Source: Macrostomum hystrix
Taxonomy: Eukaryota; Animalia; Platyhelminthes
Reading direction: 5' to 3'
NCBI GenBank assembly: GCA_950097015.1
Contig: CATNEN010000028.1
Coordinates: 620,001-684,000 of the forward strand
DNA: 64,000 nt
Shown: one piece after another, positions 57,671 through 64,000 of the stretch
Numbering within the stretch: the first letter of the stretch is position 1
Layout of the letters: each line of letters opens with the position of its first letter
Notes under the pieces: generated by a model
Database searches by the model: none
What the model saw: the letters and a program-made list of their open reading frames with translations, nothing else
Told to the model about the DNA's origin: nothing
Program-made: the position numbers and the translations under genes

Positions 57671-60600
57671 TGAACTCTTTGAATATCTCATCGATTTGGC
57701 TTGGTATCAACAGGTAAAGAGTTATTAGACTTGTGCTGCTTGTGTACCTGTTGTGCAGTACAGGTAGCTAGCAATACAAATCAAGGCTTTGTCATCGTAG
57801 CTAATGTCTGGCATCATACCAGAGCTAGTAAGCGATTTACGATCAGAAGACAGTGAAGCAATTTTAATTCACTGGCGCAATCGGCCCTGCCAACTAGTTG
57901 CGATGTCCAATGAAGGCGTGGACACTCTGTCTCAGTATGCTAGCTCTGCTGTTGTTGCGGAGAGCGAAAAGTTTTCAACACAAAAAACAGATCGGCAGTC
58001 TATTGAATTCGATGGTTAGTAACTTCCCCACTAGCAGTTACTAATTTTTGATTGTTACACTATCCCTCCGCTGCCACCATCTGTCGCATCCTACACGCCT
58101 AAGTATCCTCTACCGCTTCAGAATGCCTTTCGGAGCTAACAGCTGACGTAAACAAAGCGCAGAATCGTTGTTTAAATCGTATGCGAAAATTCGACTGGCC
58201 GTTCTCTATTAGTAAGCGATATGTCCATGTTCATATTGCCTGAATATGGTTAGGCCATAAACGTATAGCACGGTGACAATTATAAAATAATTTGTACCTT
58301 TTGCATTCTCTACCCAGCCTGGCTAATGTCGCTCTCCTGTCGTACCTGCGAGGACGCTGAACAGATTTTGCGTCGACTTCGGCGTCGATTCGCCGCAGCC
58401 GCTGCCGCTCAGGATAGCGATGGCAACGGCAGAACAGCCCAGTCGGCCGCGGTTAGCACCGAATTGAGTCACCTTGAGCGATGTTTGAGCCTAGAACTGA
58501 ACTCAGCGATAAGTCGGTATCAATGTAAGTCAATGTGCTGCTTTTAGTAGCATAAATGGCTGCTTAAAATTAAGCTTTAATGATGTGATGTTTCTTAAAA
58601 GTTAATATGATACCTAAGTAAAAAGTTTTTTCTGATTTCAGTGGTTAGTTTTAAGGATGAGATTAAAAAGTAGTTTAGGTAGCTTTAACCTAGTCTTTTT
58701 TAGCTTTGCCTAGAGCTTTGAACTTCTGACTGAAAGATCGGAAGTTGAAATAGCTAAGGCCAAAAGAGAAAACTTCTGTCATTGAGCTAGGCAATTAATT
58801 ACTCAGTGCTTCACCCAGTGGCCAGCTGTAGTAAATTTGGTACTAGCATCAGATGGAGAAGTTTGTGTGGGTGTTTAAAACACACCACGTGCCTCCTCAG
58901 TCCACTGACTGAACAGGTGCAAATTCATCTATAAAATAGATTTGCATTTACTTTGCCTAGCTTCGGTGTCCGGCTCTAAAAGCGTGTCTGACGGACCCAG
59001 CAGTTGGCCATGCCGGTTGTCTCGGTTAAATTGCACCCGAGCTCGAAGATCCCACTTCGCTGCGTCCATCAGTTCATCGCCGGCGCCGCCAGCAGTCCTA
59101 GCGGCTCTGTCGGATTCAACTAGGTCGCTGTTGTGCTCAGTTGCCGATTTACTTATTAACCTATGGCTTTCCGCTGCTAATAGGCACGGTGAGTTCATCC
59201 TGTTTGCTTGTTGGCGCTAACTCGGTCTACAACATACTTTCGTCACCTACCTTGTTGTGACGAGAGTCGCTACCTAAACATGAGCGTCGCCCTCTATCAA
59301 TGAGAATGGCCCTCTATTCATGAGAGTAGCTCACTATCCATGAGAGTAGCTCACTATCCATGAGAGTAGCTCACTATCCATGAGAGTCGCCCTCTATCCA
59401 TGAGAGTCGCCCTCTATCCACGAGAGTAGCTCTCTATCCACGAGAGTAGCTCTCTATCCATGAGAGTCGCCCTCTATCCACGAGAGTCGCCCTCTATCCT
59501 CGAGAGTAGCTCTCTATCCATGAGATTCGCCCTCTATCCACGAGAGTAGCTCTCTATCCACAAGAGTAGCTCTATCCACGAGAGTAGCTCTCTATCCACA
59601 AGAGTAGCTCTATCCACAAGAGTAGCTCACTATCCATGAGAGTAGCTCTCTATCCACGAGAGTAGCTCTCTATCCATGAGAGTCGCCCTCTATCCATGAG
59701 AGTCGCCCTCTATCCACGAGAGTCGCCCTCTATCCTCGAGAGTAGCTCACTATCCATGAGAGTAGCTGACTATCCATGAGAGTAGCTCACTATCCATGAG
59801 AGTCGCTCTCTGTCCATGAGAGTAGCTCTCTATCCATGAGAGTCGCCCTCTATCCACGAGAGTCGCCCTCTATCCTCGAGAGTAACTCTCTATCCATGAG
59901 AGTAGCTCTCTATCCAGGAGAGTAGCTCACTATCCACGAGAGTAGCTCTCTATCCATGAGAGTAGCTCTCTATCCACGAGAGTAGCTCTCTATCCACGAA
60001 AGTAGCTCTCTATCCAGGAGAGTAGCTCACTATCCATGAGAGTAGCTGACTATCCATGAGAGTAGCTCTCTATCCACGAGAGTAGCTCTCTATCCATGAG
60101 AGTAGCTCACTATCCATGAGAGTCGCTCTCTGTCCATGAGAGTAGCTCTCTATCCATGAGAGTCGCCTTTTTTGTCTCCAGATGGTCCACGTGCTGTGTG
60201 GAACAGCAGCCGCCGCTGGTACCTTCGCTGCCTGGCTGACGTTGGCGTCAGGCCCAGTTCAGCGTCAGCGTCAGGCAAGTCTCTTAGCCGGTCTGGATCC
60301 AGTCATAGCCTCGAAGCGGCCGAAGTTATGACGGCTAGCGGTGATGAAGATATGCGTCAGTTTGTCCGCCTGGCGCTGGCTCAGTATCTGGATGCGTTGG
60401 AAGCGGCGGCAAAGACGCGGTCAACAAGAACTTCTGACCCCGGCGGAAGTGCCATTAGGGGTAAATTTTTAAAGGAAATTGTGACAGGCGCGTTTTCTAA
60501 ATCCTACTAGTCCACTAGAAGTAATATAGATTCCCAATTTCACCATTCTAGTCCGAAGTCAGCAACCTCAGCAAGGAGCCTTTGAAGATGTTCTATACCC

Positions 60601-63600
60601 GGTTGGGCAGCTATTTAATCGAGACATGTTGATTGACTTTGGCCCCAGTAGGACCTTCGTTGCTCCTGTCACAACGACGGAGACTGTCACAGAAGACAGC
60701 GCCAATCCTTGTCAGCAGGTTGAGACGCAAGCTAAGCACCTAGAACCATCGACTGAAAATTTGCCAACAAGTGAGTCGCCGCAGCCAGCAGCCGAACCAG
60801 AGGGAGCAGCAACAATCATGGCAGTCGACAATACCGAAATTGAATGCGACTGTGATGTCGATGATGACACAGATGACATTGATCTTGACAATCTAGAGAT
60901 AGTGGACGATCTTGTCAACGACTCCGCCCTCACCTTGGTTGGACCGGAGCACGTTATCGGCGGCGATGGCGATTCAATCGATCCAGAAACTGTCGACGTT
61001 GACTACGACAAAGATCACGACGTCGGCAGTATGTTTCTCATGGACGGCTCGGGAAGTCTGCTCGAGGAGCCGTCCGACGAGGAGTCATCGATGCGCTTGG
61101 AGACCACTGACGCTAGTCAGCAGTACACTGTTCCATCGCCGCTGGCCAACGCTTATCACGGATTGACGGCTATTTGCGCAACTCTGACCGATACAAACGA
61201 GAACTCGACTAGGGGCGGCGGCGGCACTGGCGACTATGTCGACGCTGCTACGTCGGAGCCAATCAGCCCGAGCCAGTGTGGCCTCTGTAGAAAGTACGCC
61301 GCCACTCAGCCTGTCGGCGATGGTAAAGCTCGACGCCGACCATCTGTAGCCGCGTCCCAGCCGCCGTTACCAACAGCGACACCAACTAGCTGCGAAGCAA
61401 AGGAATGCACGTCAATCTCGGGCTCGTTGAAGCTACTTATTCGACTCGAATCTCGACATGATTTCGGCCTGACGACGCCTCCGCCGCCTCCACCGCCTCC
61501 GCCGCCGCCTCCTCCTCCACCGGCTCGAACAAGCGAGTCTCTCCCCCGACCATTGTCGACCTCCTCGGAGGCGGATACTTTCGTGGCGGAGTCTTCGATT
61601 CAGGACGTGGCTCAGGCGATGGAGTCGCTAATAGCGAGGGAGCTAAACGCCGTCTCGCTGGAACTGACCTCGGAGATCAGCTCAGCTGCGCCAAAACCAC
61701 CGCCTCTTAATAAACAAAAGCCGCTGCCAGATTCGTCAAAAATGTTCCCTTATGTTGATCTCCTAGTCGAACAGGCGTTAGGCTCGCTGAAGGCGGACCT
61801 CGCGACCGCCTCGCAGCATAGCGACAATGTCAACTGGACGGCGCCCGATCCTCGCCGATGTCGCGCGCTAGTTGTTAGTCGGCTTCGAGCTCTGTCGCCG
61901 GTGTCGCGAAGTGTCGTCGATTTTCGAACTAAATCTACGGGAGCTACGGATCCTTGCGATGCTAAAATTAACGTTGCTGAACCTAATTCACCGCCGTCTG
62001 CAGTTGCCTATAGCAACAACGACGATGCAGAAGGGGAAGCGAATTCGGCTTCGTCGATGGATGTCGTTGACTGTGACAGCGAAGAGGCATGCAATAGCCG
62101 CAGTCCGGGCTTAAAGTGGCGCCCGGTGATGTTCAGTTGGGCTAATCCAGGAGCTACAGCTCCCAAGCAGCAACGCTTAACTGACAATGCTAACGATTGC
62201 GGCGGCGGAGGCGAAGTCGATAATGATATCGGCGACAAAGGACTCGGCGCCTCTTCTGAAGCTGAAGATGCAGAAATTGATCCGGTAAGCTATTATTATT
62301 TAGTTAAATAACTCTGCTTATATGATGTGTCGAAGAGCTGTTGGGGGATAATCACCTGTCTATGGGCTAGGTATGATCACTTGTTAGCTACAGTATGACT
62401 AACTGCCAATAAACATAGAAGTAGATTCAATCACCTGTCAATTAAGTATTTTTAATACAGGCGCCCATCAATGAGCCAGATACAATCACCTGTCAATGAG
62501 CTAGATACAGACACCTGTCAATGAGCCAGATACAATCACCTGTCAATGAGCTAGATACAGACACCTGTCAATGAGCCAGATACAGTCACCTGTCAATGAG
62601 CTAGATACAGACACCTGTCAATGAGCCAGATACAGACACCTGTCAATGAGCCAGATACAATCACCTGTCAATGAGCTAGATACAGACACCTGTCAATGAG
62701 CTAGATACAGACACCTGTCAATGAGCTAGATACAGACACCTGTCAATGAGCCAGATACAATCACCTGTCAATGAGCCAGATACAATCACCTGTCAATGAG
62801 CTAGATACAGACACCTGTCAATGAGCCAGATACAATCACCTGTCAATGAGCCAGATACAATCACCTGTCAATGAGCTAGATACAGACACCTGTCAATGAG
62901 CCAGATACAATCACCTGTCAATGAGCTAGATACAGACACCTGTCAATGAGCCAGATACAGACACCTGTCAATGAGCTAGATACAATCACCTGTCAATGAG
63001 CTAGATACAGACACCTGTCAATGAGCTAGATACAATCACCTGTCAATGAGCTAGATACAGACACCTGTCAATGAGCCAGATACAATCACCTGTCAATGAG
63101 CTAGATACAGACACCTGTCAATGAGCCAGATACAATCACCTGTCAATGAGCCAGATACAATCACCTGTCAATGAGCTAGATACAGACACCTGTCAATGAG
63201 CCAGATACAATCACCTGTCAATGAGCTAGATACAGACACCTGTCAATGAGCCAGATACAGACACCTGTCAATGAGCTAGATACAATCACCTGTCAATGAG
63301 CTAGATACAGACACCTGTCAATGAGCCAGATACAGACACCTGTCAATGAGCTAGATACAGACACCTGTCAATGAGCTAGATACAATCACCTGTCAATGAG
63401 CCAGATACAGACACCTGTCAATGAGCTAGATACAGACACCTGTCAATGAGCCAGATATAGACACCTGTCAATGAGCTAGATACAATCACCTGTCAATGAG
63501 CCAGATACAGACACCTGTCAATGAGCTAGATACAGACACCTGTCAATGAGCTAGATACAATCACCTGTCAATGAGCTAGATACAATCACCTGTCAATGAG

Positions 63601-63790
63601 CCAGATATAGACACCTGTCAATGAGCTAGATACAATCACCTGTCAATGAGCCAGATACAGACACCTGTCAATGAGCTAGATACAGACACCTGTCAAGGGT
63701 CTCATTCAACAGTACAAATCACTAAACGCAGGCCCGACTAAGCCTGATGTCCCGCGACTCCTGGCGCCGTTTCTCTGGTCAGCTTCGAGT
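57671..63790 (+). CDS. Uncharacterised multi-exon protein. Approximate exons 57671-57713, 57801-58014, 58317-58524, 58961-59188, 60182-60460, (possible mini-exon), 60648-62285, 63732-63800; Ser/Pro/Asp-rich low-complexity C-terminal half
   Basis: GC-rich open frames bounded by GT/AG sites; most junctions are phase-compatible (GATG|GTTAGT, CAAT|GTAAGT, CACG|GTGAGT, CCG|GTAAGC). The junction near 60.5 kb and the 5' end are unresolved, and no family motif was recognised. Confidence 0.6.
59290..60165. repeat. 20-bp minisatellite (gagagtagctctctatccat), about 43 copies, intronic
   Basis: Direct periodicity; ends immediately before the polypyrimidine tract and acceptor at about 60181. Confidence 0.95.
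62465..63696. repeat. 25-bp minisatellite (cacctgtcaatgagctagatacaga / ...gccagatacaat), about 49 copies, intronic
   Basis: Direct periodicity with two binary variant positions. Confidence 0.95.
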
Positions 63791-64000
63791 GCTGCCCTGA
63801 GCAGTGTTCTTCGGTTGTCCTGGCTACCATACTAATTATGTACCATATTTTTACTGGCTGAAAAAAATGTTCTTATATTAAATCAAACAATGTCAGACTT
63901 TCTAATTCTTTTGCTATTTCTGTCTGTCTTTCTGTTAAATATTTTAATATATTCGTCCTTTACTTAAATCAAATCACTTTTCTGTCATATCTTCTTTTGT

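Noticed and set aside
5010-63696. Tandem arrays as CRISPR arrays
   Set aside because: The units are contiguous without unique spacers, there are no cas genes, and the context is eukaryotic.

Overview
Eukaryotic (animal) genomic DNA: GC-rich spliceosomal exons in AT-rich introns and intergenic DNA, with about 20 unrelated locus-specific minisatellite arrays. The architecture suggests a free-living flatworm such as Macrostomum (inference, not proven). Gene models were built by hand from the sequence. (1) Intronless TTLL7-like polyglutamylase (+, 2222-4891). (2) Five-exon AGO-clade Argonaute with an intact D-E-D-H tetrad (-, 9277-13241). (3) Two-exon translin (+, 17919-18903), head-to-head with the Argonaute. 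(4) Seven-exon peroxisomal Lon protease LONP2 ending in PKL (+, 19981-25944), starting about 90-210 bp after the presumed translin poly(A) signals. (5) An 88-aa prepropeptide-like ORF (-, 33483-33749). (6) A large secreted protein of about 29 four-Cys modules of about 48 aa (+, 40678-48.5 kb). (7) A three-exon M1AP-like meiotic gene (-, 49145-51084). (8) An uncharacterised multi-exon gene (+, about 57.7-63.8 kb). Mobile DNA includes non-autonomous IS630/Tc1-like and mariner elements with TIRs and TA TSDs, a Merlin/ISXO2-like fragment, a Helitron-like element, a tRNA-derived SINE-like head and a 140-bp hairpin MITE with a 4-bp TSD. Most notable observations: the Argonaute-translin(-LONP2) cluster with signs of SL trans-splicing and operon structure; sense-oriented minisatellites just after stop codons that echo the gene end and carry a splice-donor motif in most units; and the FnI/VWC-like Cys-module protein. 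No CRISPR arrays or rRNA genes, and no convincing intact tRNA gene, were seen. All family assignments come from recalled motifs; no database search was run.
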